Of a stretch of DNA of 64,000 bases, positions 37,500 to 46,917 are shown in pieces; the stretch's first letter is position 1, and each line of letters starts with the position of its first letter. The notes under the pieces are model-generated. The model searched no databases, had not been told where the DNA came from, and saw only the letters and a list, made by a program, of their open reading frames with translations. Position numbers and translations under genes: made by a program. The DNA is from Nitrospinaceae bacterium (lineage in GTDB: Bacteria > Nitrospinota > Nitrospinia > Nitrospinales > Nitrospinaceae), in contig OZ245011.1 in the NCBI GenBank assembly GCA_965223665.1, positions 2,240,001 through 2,304,000 of the forward strand, written 5' to 3'.

Positions 37500-37757
37500 T
37501 TAAATCCCCAATTTTTTTTCTAAATCTCTTTCCCTAGTTCTCTTCATTACAAAATCAAATGATAAAAGATGAAGTCGGTCTCCATGGACCTTTCTTAATT
37601 TGGCAAGAACAATTGGAGCTTTTGGTCCTAGATGTTTAACTATAAATCTATAGGGATGGTTATTTGGAAAGTCATCTTCTCGAATATCAGGTAATTGATT
37701 TTCTCTTTTTTTAATCTCTTTTGACTGATCCATTGCGTTTCCTTTTTCAGTGGTCAT
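37500..37757 (-). CDS. Mor/C-like transcription activator N-terminal domain protein
   Basis: EDDFP..PYRFIVKHLG..A..LAKL..HG..LHL...RERDL resembles Mor family; no C-terminal HTH. Confidence 0.5.
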   Translation of the reverse strand: MTTEKGNAMDQSKEIKKRENQLPDIREDDFPNNHPYRFIVKHLGPKAPIVLAKLRKVHGDRLHLLSFDFVMKRTRERDLEKKLGI

Positions 37758-37763
37758 TCGGGT

Positions 37764-39065
37764 TCACATTTCTACTTTTTCTAGTTGGTCGAGTATAAAC
37801 TCTACACTTTGGAGGGTGGAATCCACTTCATTTAAAGTTTGCTCGATTAATTCTTGATAATTTTCAGTTAAACAGCGTTCAAAAAATTGGTTGGGAACGG
37901 CAATTAAAAGCTTTGGGCCATCTCGACCGATGGGCCGAATTGGTGTGAACCAGGTATTATAATTTTCTGACAAAATTTCATTTTCGATTTTTACCAAAGC
38001 CTTTTCCCACGTTTTGTAGTCATTTTCTTGAACCGGTTCCCCCATGTATTTTTCTGAACTCTTTTCCTCCAAGTCCGAATTTCGTGCCAAGTTTCCAGAT
38101 ATTCGGGCTGAATTTTCCGGATTTCGTTCTCTTGTTTGCTTCAACAAACTTGTGGCCTTTGGAAGACAATCATTCAAAAACTTGCTGAAAATTGCAAGGT
38201 CTCTAGGTTTCGGTTGGGTTGGATTGTCCAACCAAGAGTTTTTTAAATTAAGAAATTCCCACCACGCCAAGCGTAAAAGTTTTTGGTCGGTCACTCGGTC
38301 GACCAGTTTCAAAGTCCGTTGGATGTCCTTCTCCGAGTCAAACTCAATTTCAAAGCCCTTCACTTTTTTGTGAGACCGCTCTGCAAATTTTAAAAACCAG
38401 TGCACAGGCATGGCGTGGCCGTTTAACCCGGCGTATGGATCCCCTGTGGTTTCTTGGTTTTTGGTCAAATTAATTTTCATGGGTGGAGGTAGAGAATTAT
38501 TTTTTTCTTCTTCTCCCTTCTTTAGATTATTACGTAAGTAATAATCTTCTTTCTTCTTAGGAGGGACATTATCCGGAGTGTGTCCAGACATTTTTTTATC
38601 ATTATCTTTTATTTGTAAGGAGTTACATGATTTGGTTTCTGAAATGTTTTGATTTTGTTTCCGATTCATTTCTGAAACGTTTCCGGTTTGTTTCCGGAAT
38701 GAATCCGAAATGAACTGAGAATCACGTTTTCCTTTCTTGGATTTTTTCGAATATTCATCCCGTTTTTGTAGTAAACCTGGGATTGAAATCGTCAGAATAT
38801 TCCCTTCTAGAATGTAAGAAATCTTTCCCTTATCTTGTAAAAATTTAAAAAACAATTCGAGTTTAGTTTTCTTTCCTCTTAACTCGCTTTGCCATTTAGT
38901 CCAAGACAAAGAAATATGATGCCGGTCGGAATAACGATCCATGTTTTCCCCTACCACTTCTTTTAATAAAGACCATCTAGCGTAACCATCCAAGCCAAAC
39001 TGATCGATCAACTTAGAGCTAAACTCTTCATTGCGTTCACCGCATTCATGCTTAAACCATTTCAT
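37764..39065 (-). CDS. Phage replication initiator with C-terminal DnaA domain I
   Basis: MKWFKH..KLIDQFGLDGYARW N-terminus typical of phage replisome organisers; C-terminal WEKAL..YNTWFTPI..LLIAVPNQFF..L..NY is DnaA_N-like. Confidence 0.8.
   Translation of the reverse strand: MKWFKHECGERNEEFSSKLIDQFGLDGYARWSLLKEVVGENMDRYSDRHHISLSWTKWQSELRGKKTKLELFFKFLQDKGKISYILEGNILTISIPGLLQKRDEYSKKSKKGKRDSQFISDSFRKQTGNVSEMNRKQNQNISETKSCNSLQIKDNDKKMSGHTPDNVPPKKKEDYYLRNNLKKGEEEKNNSLPPPMKINLTKNQETTGDPYAGLNGHAMPVHWFLKFAERSHKKVKGFEIEFDSEKDIQRTLKLVDRVTDQKLLRLAWWEFLNLKNSWLDNPTQPKPRDLAIFSKFLNDCLPKATSLLKQTRERNPENSARISGNLARNSDLEEKSSEKYMGEPVQENDYKTWEKALVKIENEILSENYNTWFTPIRPIGRDGPKLLIAVPNQFFERCLTENYQELIEQTLNEVDSTLQSVEFILDQLEKVEM
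38636..38718. repeat. 33-bp imperfect direct repeats inside rep gene (candidate iterons)
   Basis: TTTCTGAAAYGTTT...TTTGTTTCCG at 38636 and 38669, degenerate third copy. Confidence 0.55.
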
Positions 39066-39196
39066 AAATCACCTGATTTAAATAGGAATTTAGGTGGCAA
39101 ATAGACCAGAGAATTTCTCCCACGTCTCTCCCACGGGAGAGCGTGCGATTCTCAATATCAAAAAATCTGTTTGGAGTTTAAAAACAAGGGAAGGAA

Positions 39197-39274
39197 TGGC
39201 GTCCCCAGCGGGATTCGAACCCGCGTCGCCGGCGTGAAAGGCCGGTGTCCTGGGCCTGGCTAGACGATGGGGAC
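39197..39274 (-). tRNA. tRNA-Glu (TTC)
   Basis: Cloverleaf GTCCCCA...CCGGC-CTTTCAC-GCCGG...GGTTCGAATCCC...GCCA. Confidence 0.97.
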
Positions 39275-39303
39275 TCCAATTTAAATGTTATTTTGGAAAA
39301 AAA

Positions 39304-39379
39304 TGGTGAGCCGCGAAGGGCTCGAACCTTCGACCCACGCCTTAAAAGGGCGTTGCTCTACCAACTGAGCTAGCGGCCC
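39304..39379 (-). tRNA. tRNA-Lys (TTT)
   Basis: GGGCCGCTAGCTCAGTTGGTAGAGC...ACGCC-CTTTTAA-GGCGT...GGTTCGAGCC...ACCA. Confidence 0.97.
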
Positions 39380-39607
39380 ACCAATAATCAAAGTGTTATT
39401 GAATACCAAACTCATTGTATCATGTCAATTTATTTTATGGACTTGATTTTATTATCTTTGCTCCCTAAAATGACAAATCTATATTAATTTCTTCAAATCG
39501 ACTTCTAAAAAATTGTTTTTTCTTCTTTGCCTACCCCATCAAAGAGCAAATTAGAAAACAATATAAAAAGATTTAATGGTTTAAACATCTTTTAGAATAG
39601 GCTCCTC

Positions 39608-40525
39608 TTGGAAAAAGCAGAAAAAATTTGGATGGATGGAAAACTCGTTCCTTGGCATGAGGCTAATGTTCATGTTCTCACGCATACATTACATTATGGG
39701 CTCGGAGCTTTTGAAGGAATCCGTTGTTATCAGACAAAAAATAAAAAGTCAGCCATTTTTCGTTTACCAGAGCATGTAAACAGATTATTTAATTCAGCCA
39801 AGATTTTAGGGATCAAAATTCCTTTCTCCTCCAAAGAAATTAGTAAAGCCATTATACAAACTGTTACTGCGAATAAACTCTTGGAATGTTATATCCGTCC
39901 AATTGTTTTTTTAGGTGATAATAAAATGGGATTAAATCCTGAAGGTGTAAATGTTCGAGTGGCAATAGCTGCCTGGCCATGGGGCACCTATTTAGGTGAT
40001 GATGGTTTAAATAAAGGAATTCGGGTAAAGGTTTCGTCAATTAACAGGCACCATGTCAACATTTCTTTAACTCGAGCGAAGGCTTGTGGCCATTATATTA
40101 ATTCTATATTTGCCAAATCTGAAGCGGTAAGAGATGGTTATGATGAAGCTATTATGCTGGATGCCAATGGTTATGTATCTGAGGGTTCAGGGGAAAATAT
40201 TTTTATTCTTTCCCGAGGTAAGTTGATCACCCCTACTTTATCAAGTAGTTGTTTAGATGGGATAACTCGAGATTCAATTTTTGAGATTTGTAAACATTTA
40301 AAAATCAATTTAGAAGAAACTATTCTCACAAGAGATGAACTATATATAGCAGATGAAATTTTTCTCACAGGAACGGCTGCAGAAATTACCCCTGTTCGGG
40401 AGGTCGACAACCGCCAAATTGGTTCTGGAAAAAAAGGCAATATCACGTCAAAAATCCAAAAAGTATTTTTTGACACTGTCGCTGGCAAAGTACCCAAATT
40501 TAAGAAATGGCTCACCGAGATATAG
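39608..40525 (+). CDS. ilvE: Branched-chain amino acid aminotransferase
   Basis: [42 protein letters not shown]. Confidence 0.95.
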   Translation: MEKAEKIWMDGKLVPWHEANVHVLTHTLHYGLGAFEGIRCYQTKNKKSAIFRLPEHVNRLFNSAKILGIKIPFSSKEISKAIIQTVTANKLLECYIRPIVFLGDNKMGLNPEGVNVRVAIAAWPWGTYLGDDGLNKGIRVKVSSINRHHVNISLTRAKACGHYINSIFAKSEAVRDGYDEAIMLDANGYVSEGSGENIFILSRGKLITPTLSSSCLDGITRDSIFEICKHLKINLEETILTRDELYIADEIFLTGTAAEITPVREVDNRQIGSGKKGNITSKIQKVFFDTVAGKVPKFKKWLTEI

Positions 40526-40716
40526 CCATTAAACATTCCCCATCCTACAAAATTTCTTGAACCAAAAATCATTTTGCCTCAAAATGCATCAAATCACTTT
40601 ATAATCCCCTTTTGGCCTGGGGAAATTTATATTGAATGGTTTAACGAATAATAGGCTATTAATGGGTTGCTTATTACCTTTGCTAAAATAAATAATTGAT
40701 TTTTAAGGAGTTTTTA

Positions 40717-41127
40717 ATGCCCATCTATGAATACGAGTGTAAAACCTGTGGAAGTGTATTTGAGTTAATGCACTCAATTAGTGCCCCTCCCCCCAAAACA
40801 TGTGAAACTCCTAAATGTAAGGGTAAGCCTCGAAGACTAGTATCAGCATCAGGTTTTATTTTAAAAGGATCTGGTTGGTATGCCACTGATTACCCCTCCG
40901 AATCTCGAAAAAAGGGTTGGGAAGAGGAGAGTCAACAGGGCAAATCTAAAGCTTCGACAGAAAATGCAGATGAAAAAAACCCGGCTCCCGCTTTACCAAA
41001 AGAAAAAAAGGGCGAAGTAAAAGCGACCGAGAAGGCTTCTACAAATCCAGTTACTAAGGTAAATCAAAAAAATCCTTATACTGGAAAGAAAAATAAAAAC
41101 AAAAAACCATCTTCAGCCAAAAAATAG
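40717..41127 (+). CDS. FmdB family zinc-ribbon regulatory protein
   Basis: AAGGAG RBS; MPIYEYECKTC...FILKGSGWYATDY. Confidence 0.88.
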   Translation: MPIYEYECKTCGSVFELMHSISAPPPKTCETPKCKGKPRRLVSASGFILKGSGWYATDYPSESRKKGWEEESQQGKSKASTENADEKNPAPALPKEKKGEVKATEKASTNPVTKVNQKNPYTGKKNKNKKPSSAKK

Positions 41128-41143
41128 GCCATTGGGGCCAACG

Positions 41144-42235
41144 ATGAAAAACGTAAATGTATTTTATCAATCTATTTTTTCATCAATAATTGATGCCGCT
41201 CTTCTTTTTTCACCCAAAGGAAATGTTCTATTAGCCAACATTGCTGCGGAGGAAATGTTTCGACAATCAAAAGAAACTTTACTCAAAAGGTCTTATTTAG
41301 ATCTCTTTCCGAATCAAACGGATCTAGTAGAAAAATTTGAGGAAACTCTCAATAAAGGTATTTCATTTAGAGATTTTGAATGTAATGGTTATCGAAAAGT
41401 AAATGATCATTTTTTTCCCGTTAGTTTAACCGTTTCAATGGTAACTGGAAAAGAGAATAAACAAGAGGGAGTGTTAATATTAGTCCGAGACTTAAGTTTA
41501 AAAAAAGAATTGGAAGAGACTTCCCGTCAATCAGATTATATTTCAAACCTAGGTATTCTTACATTGGGCATGGCTCATGAAATCAAGAATCCTCTTTCGG
41601 CTATTTGTGCCTCAGCACAATTGCTTATTGAGAAATTATCAAAGGATGAACAGGAGTATTTAGAGATAGTTATTAAAGAATCTCATCGAATAAATCGCAT
41701 GGTAGAAAAAATGTTAGATTTTGCACGGCCTTCCAATTTAAATCTTCGTCCAATTAATATTCACCAAATATTAGAAGAAATTTTAATTCTGGAAAAAGCT
41801 CAATGCAAAGGAAAGGTAAAATTTATTCACAATTATGATCCAAGTTTACCCCTGGTGGAAGCGGATGAGGATCAATTAAAGCAGGCGCTCTTGAATTTAA
41901 TTCGAAATTCAATCGAAGCAATGGCTCAAGGAGGAAGTTTAAAAATTGTCACACGGTTTAATTCTAATTATGCAGCTAAGCCAATCAAGGGAAAGCATCC
42001 CCACCATGATATTGTAATTGAACTCATAGACACAGGAACAGGAATTGACCCTCAAGATTTAGAAAAATTATTTACTCCGTTTCACACAACCAAAAGCAAA
42101 GGAACTGGTTTAGGTTTATCGCTTTCTTTAAAAATTATCGAAAATCATGGTGGAAAAATAAAAATTTTTTCAGAAAAAAATAAAGGGACCCAGGTAAAAG
42201 TTTTTTTGCCTTTAAAGCAGGAAAAAGATGGATAA
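41144..42235 (+). CDS. PAS sensor histidine kinase (NtrB-like)
   Basis: MAHEIKNPL, YDPSLP, NLIRNS, DTGTG, GTGLGL. Confidence 0.88.
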   Translation: MKNVNVFYQSIFSSIIDAALLFSPKGNVLLANIAAEEMFRQSKETLLKRSYLDLFPNQTDLVEKFEETLNKGISFRDFECNGYRKVNDHFFPVSLTVSMVTGKENKQEGVLILVRDLSLKKELEETSRQSDYISNLGILTLGMAHEIKNPLSAICASAQLLIEKLSKDEQEYLEIVIKESHRINRMVEKMLDFARPSNLNLRPINIHQILEEILILEKAQCKGKVKFIHNYDPSLPLVEADEDQLKQALLNLIRNSIEAMAQGGSLKIVTRFNSNYAAKPIKGKHPHHDIVIELIDTGTGIDPQDLEKLFTPFHTTKSKGTGLGLSLSLKIIENHGGKIKIFSEKNKGTQVKVFLPLKQEKDG

Positions 42236-43694
42236 AAAATATAAAATTTTAGTTGTTGATGATGAAGACAATATACTTTGGGTATTTTCTAAAGCCTTTG
42301 AAAATTCTCCCTATTCGATTTCCACAGCTTCCTCGGCCGAAGATGCTTTGGAGCGAATTAATGAGGAAGACTTTTTTTTAGTTTTCACAGATATTTTTAT
42401 GCCCGGAATAAATGGATTAGAACTACTAAAAAGAATAAAAGAACATCCCTCACATCCAAATGTAATTGTAATGACAGCTCAAGATACTATGAATAACACC
42501 ATTGAGGCTATGCGCCATGGTGCATTTGATTACATAAGTAAACCCTTTGACTTTAAAAAAATATTTGAACTTATTGAACAACTAGTAAAAAACCAAGATA
42601 TCAAACCAGTTGAAATAGAAACTCCTCCCATTTCATTAGAAGACTTTTCAGTACAATCCATTATTGGGAAAAGTGATTCCATGCAGGAGATATTTAAAAC
42701 TATTGGTAAAGCAGCCGCAACTCAACTTCCCGTTTTAATCACTGGAGAAAGTGGTACAGGAAAAGAAATGGTAGCTCGTGCTCTCCATCATTATTCTGAT
42801 CGGTCGCAAGACCCTTTTATTTTTATAAATTGCGCTGCGATTGCTCGGGAATTATTGGAAACAGAATTATTTGGTCACGAAAAAGGATCATTCACTGGTG
42901 CATTGGAAACCAAAAAAGGTAAATTTGAACTTGCAGATGGTGGAACTTTAATGCTCGATGAAATTGGAGACATGGAATTAGCTCTTCAAGCAAAAATTTT
43001 ACGTGTTTTACAAAATAATGAGTTTTTTCGTGTAGGTGGCAAAGAGCCAATTCGAGTAGATGTCAGAATTATTGCTGCCACTAATCAAAACCTATCGGAT
43101 CTAATGGAGAAAAACCTCTTTAGAGAAGATCTCTTTCATCGTTTAAACGTTATAAATATTCAACTTCCTCCATTAAGAGAGCGCAGAGATGATATTCCGT
43201 TGCTAGCAAATTTCTTTTTAAAGAAGTATTCTGCTGAATTGAGTGGTGGTGAAGTATTTATGTCACAAGAAGCTGAAAAAATTTTTAAAGCCTATCCTTG
43301 GCCGGGGAACATCAGAGAATTGGAAAATACTATGAAGCGAGGGTTGGTCCTTGCAGCTCGAGGCCCTCTTTTAAAAGATCACTTACCTCCTAAATTACAA
43401 GACTTTAATGTAAAAGGTCCCCCTACTGATGATTCTTGGGAAAATGCTCTTGAACCCCTAATTGAAGAGTTCCTTAATCAAACTCAAAACTCGGAAACCG
43501 GTCAATTGTATGATCAGCTCATCGAATCTGTAGAGAAGCATTTATTTGAACAATTGTTGAAAAAGCACCGAGGAAATCAAGTAGCAACAGCAAAAGCATT
43601 AGGGATTAATCGAAATACCTTAAAAAGAAAAATTGATGCATTTTCTATAGAACCCAAAAAAGGCAAGTCAAAACCCTCGGGGAGTTCGCAATGA
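42228..43694 (+). CDS. Sigma54-dependent response regulator (NtrC-like)
   Basis: Receiver domain, GESGTGKE, GSFTGA, WPGNIRELEN, Fis HTH LGINRNTLKRKI. Confidence 0.92.
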   Translation: MDKKYKILVVDDEDNILWVFSKAFENSPYSISTASSAEDALERINEEDFFLVFTDIFMPGINGLELLKRIKEHPSHPNVIVMTAQDTMNNTIEAMRHGAFDYISKPFDFKKIFELIEQLVKNQDIKPVEIETPPISLEDFSVQSIIGKSDSMQEIFKTIGKAAATQLPVLITGESGTGKEMVARALHHYSDRSQDPFIFINCAAIARELLETELFGHEKGSFTGALETKKGKFELADGGTLMLDEIGDMELALQAKILRVLQNNEFFRVGGKEPIRVDVRIIAATNQNLSDLMEKNLFREDLFHRLNVINIQLPPLRERRDDIPLLANFFLKKYSAELSGGEVFMSQEAEKIFKAYPWPGNIRELENTMKRGLVLAARGPLLKDHLPPKLQDFNVKGPPTDDSWENALEPLIEEFLNQTQNSETGQLYDQLIESVEKHLFEQLLKKHRGNQVATAKALGINRNTLKRKIDAFSIEPKKGKSKPSGSSQ

Positions 43695-44659
43695 AAACTG
43701 AAAAAATAGTTTCTATAAATACTCCTATGGGAAGGGCCCTCGAGGTTATTCGTCATACTTTTTCTTCTCATAAAAACAAACCTTCTCTAAGAATCTCAAT
43801 TATTGCAGGCCTGCATGGAGATGAATTGGATGGAATTTTTATTTGCAATCGTTTAATAGACGCATTAAAAAAATACAAAGAAGAGGCTCCCGAAGTTTTC
43901 GAAGGAGAAATCAATATTTACCCTGCAGTAAACCCTCAAGCCTTAAATAGTGCTTCAAGATTATGGCCATTTTACTCCATTGATATGAATCGCACTTTTG
44001 GAAATCCTGCGAACAATTCACTTCCGGTTTCCGTGTCCCAAGAAATTTTCCAAGACATTCAGAATAGGTCCGATTGGGCTTTGGATATTCATTCCAGTAA
44101 TCTCTTCCTTAAAGAACTTCCACAAATAAGGATAATAGAAGAGTTTTCCAAACACTTGCTATCAGCAGCAGAAAAAACTAATGCTGATTTGATTTGGGTT
44201 CACCCGATGGCAGGTTTATTTGAGTCCACTTTAGGTTACAATTTAAACCAACAAAAAGTAAAAACACTAGTAATAGAATCAGGAATTTGCTTAAGGATTC
44301 ACCAAAATTATTGTGAGCAACTTTTCCTGGGAATAATAAATTTATTACAACATTTAGAAATTTTGAATTTTTCGCAGGCTTCTCAATTTGATCTTAAAAT
44401 ACCAAAAATTATTCAACCCACCCAAGTTTCCATAAATTGCTCCAATAAATCCGGGTTGTTTATCAGCAAAGTCCGTTTAGGGCAATACCTTATTAAAGGG
44501 GATCGGATTGGAGAAATCGTTGACCCCCAAGACGGAAAAGTATTGGAGGAAGTCTTTGCAGAACAGGATGGCCTACTTTTCACCTTAAGAGAACATCCAT
44601 TAACATATTCCGGTGCCCTATTAGCTCGAATTGCCTTGGAGAATGAGCCGGAACCATGA
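43691..44659 (+). CDS. Succinylglutamate desuccinylase/aspartoacylase (M14) family protein
   Basis: GLHGDE, DMNRTF, DIHSS; C-terminal barrel-sandwich. Confidence 0.85.
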   Translation: MKTEKIVSINTPMGRALEVIRHTFSSHKNKPSLRISIIAGLHGDELDGIFICNRLIDALKKYKEEAPEVFEGEINIYPAVNPQALNSASRLWPFYSIDMNRTFGNPANNSLPVSVSQEIFQDIQNRSDWALDIHSSNLFLKELPQIRIIEEFSKHLLSAAEKTNADLIWVHPMAGLFESTLGYNLNQQKVKTLVIESGICLRIHQNYCEQLFLGIINLLQHLEILNFSQASQFDLKIPKIIQPTQVSINCSNKSGLFISKVRLGQYLIKGDRIGEIVDPQDGKVLEEVFAEQDGLLFTLREHPLTYSGALLARIALENEPEP

Positions 44660-45627
44660 AAAAAGAAGTCTTTTCAATTGCCTCCCCTTTTGGCGAGCCT
44701 TATAAGCTGCATAAAAATTATTGGGGGAACAAAAATTTTTATGAAACCTTGACAATAGTAAGTGGTTTACAAGGTGATCGCTTAAATAGTGTTTGGGTGG
44801 CTTCCCGTTTATCCCATTTTTTACAAAATATTGAAGATGGTTTAGAAACTGGCTATGAATTTGGAGGAAATATTCAAATTTTTCCTGTCCTCAATTTTCG
44901 GGCTTTGGAATTCGGTTCGTCAGTTTGGGGATTTGATAATCTGGATTTTGACTATGCTTTTCCAGGTATTGAGGAAGGGGATCTTTCAGAAAAAATATGT
45001 AATATCCTTTTGCAACAATCCATTGACACTCATTATGGAATCGTTATTCAAACGGGAGACCATCTTTATGAAGAAGCTCCACACATTAAATTGTTCAACC
45101 CTAATCGAAACTTAAAAAGCTTGGCGCGTTGCTTTGGATTAAATGTGGCACGGCAAATACCTGATTCTCCTACCCTAAGTTTAAATCTAGTAAAAAATTG
45201 GGATACCATGGGTATTCCCGCGCTTCTTATAGTTTCAGGACGAAATAAAATTTTAGATCCTACATATTGTGATATTATTTTTGAAGGGTTAATTAATTTT
45301 TTAATCATGACAGGGTTCCTAATCCACAAAGAAGAAAAAGGTAAAAAAAGTGAAGTTGCATTTTATAACCCAAAATGCGAACTCGCAATAAAAACAAATT
45401 TTCCTGGACTTTTTATTCCTGAAATAAACGTTGGTTCTTATATAAAAGTCAATCAAACCATTGGAAAAGTAATTGATATAATAGAGGGAAGAATATTAGA
45501 AGAGATTAAAGCACCAGAGGATGGATTATTGATATCACTGAGATATCATCCCTTAATTCACGAAGGGGAAGCTATAGCTACTTTACTTACCGAAAAAAAC
45601 CGGCGATGGTTTTGGCCATTTCCATAA
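44656..45627 (+). CDS. M14 deacylase paralog with degenerate metal ligands
   Basis: Same layout but GLQGDR, DFDYAF, VIQTG replace HGDE/NR/DIH. Confidence 0.75.
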   Translation: MKKEVFSIASPFGEPYKLHKNYWGNKNFYETLTIVSGLQGDRLNSVWVASRLSHFLQNIEDGLETGYEFGGNIQIFPVLNFRALEFGSSVWGFDNLDFDYAFPGIEEGDLSEKICNILLQQSIDTHYGIVIQTGDHLYEEAPHIKLFNPNRNLKSLARCFGLNVARQIPDSPTLSLNLVKNWDTMGIPALLIVSGRNKILDPTYCDIIFEGLINFLIMTGFLIHKEEKGKKSEVAFYNPKCELAIKTNFPGLFIPEINVGSYIKVNQTIGKVIDIIEGRILEEIKAPEDGLLISLRYHPLIHEGEAIATLLTEKNRRWFWPFP

Positions 45628-45631
45628 TTTA

Positions 45632-45871
45632 TTAAACAATATTTGAAATAAATTTTACAAATCCATAAAGCGAACAGATTATTCCTACCACAGTCAACGT
45701 TAATCCACGAATCGCTCTAATTTTTAAGATTCGCATACTTTCCGAATCTCCATCAATAAACGCCCATTTGGCCTTAGGGTCTCGCATTTTTTCTAACTCT
45801 TTACGCTCCACCTTTGCGCACCAAGTTAATAATCCTATCCCAATTGCAAAAATAACTAGCCCTGTTAACAC
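45632..45871 (-). CDS. Small two-TM hypothetical protein
   Basis: Two hydrophobic segments. Confidence 0.55.
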   Translation of the reverse strand: MLTGLVIFAIGIGLLTWCAKVERKELEKMRDPKAKWAFIDGDSESMRILKIRAIRGLTLTVVGIICSLYGFVKFISNIV

Positions 45872-46173
45872 GGATTTCTTTATTAAGTTTAAACGTTATT
45901 GGAAATAATCTATACAAAAAGTATAACAGTATGCGCTTAAAAATCAAAGGGTTCAAAGAATATTATCCAACAATTCATAAGTTGCTGAAAAAGGCCTAAT
46001 TCGATAAACTTGGGTAAAATTAATAAGAGATTTTTTCTTTAAAATTGTTTCCAATAAAGAAACCTAGCTAAAAATTATTGATATATCGAGATTAGTAGTC
46101 CTTTTCTTTGTTAACTTTAAAAATTAGTTCCACTAAATTTTTCTTTGCGAAACTAATTTTAATTAAACTAATT

Positions 46174-46917
46174 ATGGTGCTTATTTCTAGAAATTTACTA
46201 ATTGAACAACCTGCCCAAGGTTATAGGTTCTCAATTGAACCCTTTATACTTTCCCATTTTGTAAAACCAGAGTCTAATAGCAAAGTTTTGGACATTGGAA
46301 CCGGATGCGGGATCATTCCGCTTTTACTTATTACAAAACACAAGGATTTAAAAATAACAGGCATTGAAATCCAAAAATCGCTTTTTCAACAGGCAAAAAA
46401 AAATATTCAAACAAATGAATATGAAAATTTTATTCAAATCATTCACGACGACTTTTATTCTTTAAAAGAAAATTATTCGAAAGAACACTTTGATCTTATT
46501 GTTAGCAATCCTCCCTATAGAAAAAAGAACAGTGGAAGGATAAACCCTTGCAGTGAAAAAGCAATAGCCAGACATGAATTGTCTCTTAGCCTTTCCAATC
46601 TAGTTAAATACTCTTCCCCTATTCTAAAAACCACCGGAAAAATAATATTAACTTACCCAATAACACGTAGGGATGAGGTTATAGGCGAATTAAGAAAAAA
46701 TAACTTTTTCCCGAATAGGATTTTAATTGTCAAAGGACATAAAAAAACTAAATCTAGTTTTTTTGTTGTTGAAGCTTCCAAATCAAACCAAACACTTTTT
46801 CCCAGAGAGAGTGAATTAATAATCTTAAATGAGGATGGTTCTTATACAGAAACCATGCAGGAAATATATGCATCCTTTAATAATTCTGGCTGGCCCAACC
46901 GCTTCTGGGAAAAGTGA
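46174..46917 (+). CDS. tRNA1(Val) A37 N6-methyltransferase family (YfiC/TrmN6-like)
   Basis: QGYRFS, LDIGTGCGII, SNPPY, AIARHE. Confidence 0.85.
   Translation: MVLISRNLLIEQPAQGYRFSIEPFILSHFVKPESNSKVLDIGTGCGIIPLLLITKHKDLKITGIEIQKSLFQQAKKNIQTNEYENFIQIIHDDFYSLKENYSKEHFDLIVSNPPYRKKNSGRINPCSEKAIARHELSLSLSNLVKYSSPILKTTGKIILTYPITRRDEVIGELRKNNFFPNRILIVKGHKKTKSSFFVVEASKSNQTLFPRESELIILNEDGSYTETMQEIYASFNNSGWPNRFWEK

Larger units (their letters stand above)
12063..39196 (-). mobile_element. Lambdoid siphovirus prophage adjacent to the tRNA-Glu 3' end (left boundary uncertain; may include the defence island)
   Basis: Co-oriented rep, terminase, portal, capsid and tail genes; visibly more GC-rich than host flank; abuts tRNA. 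Confidence 0.92.
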
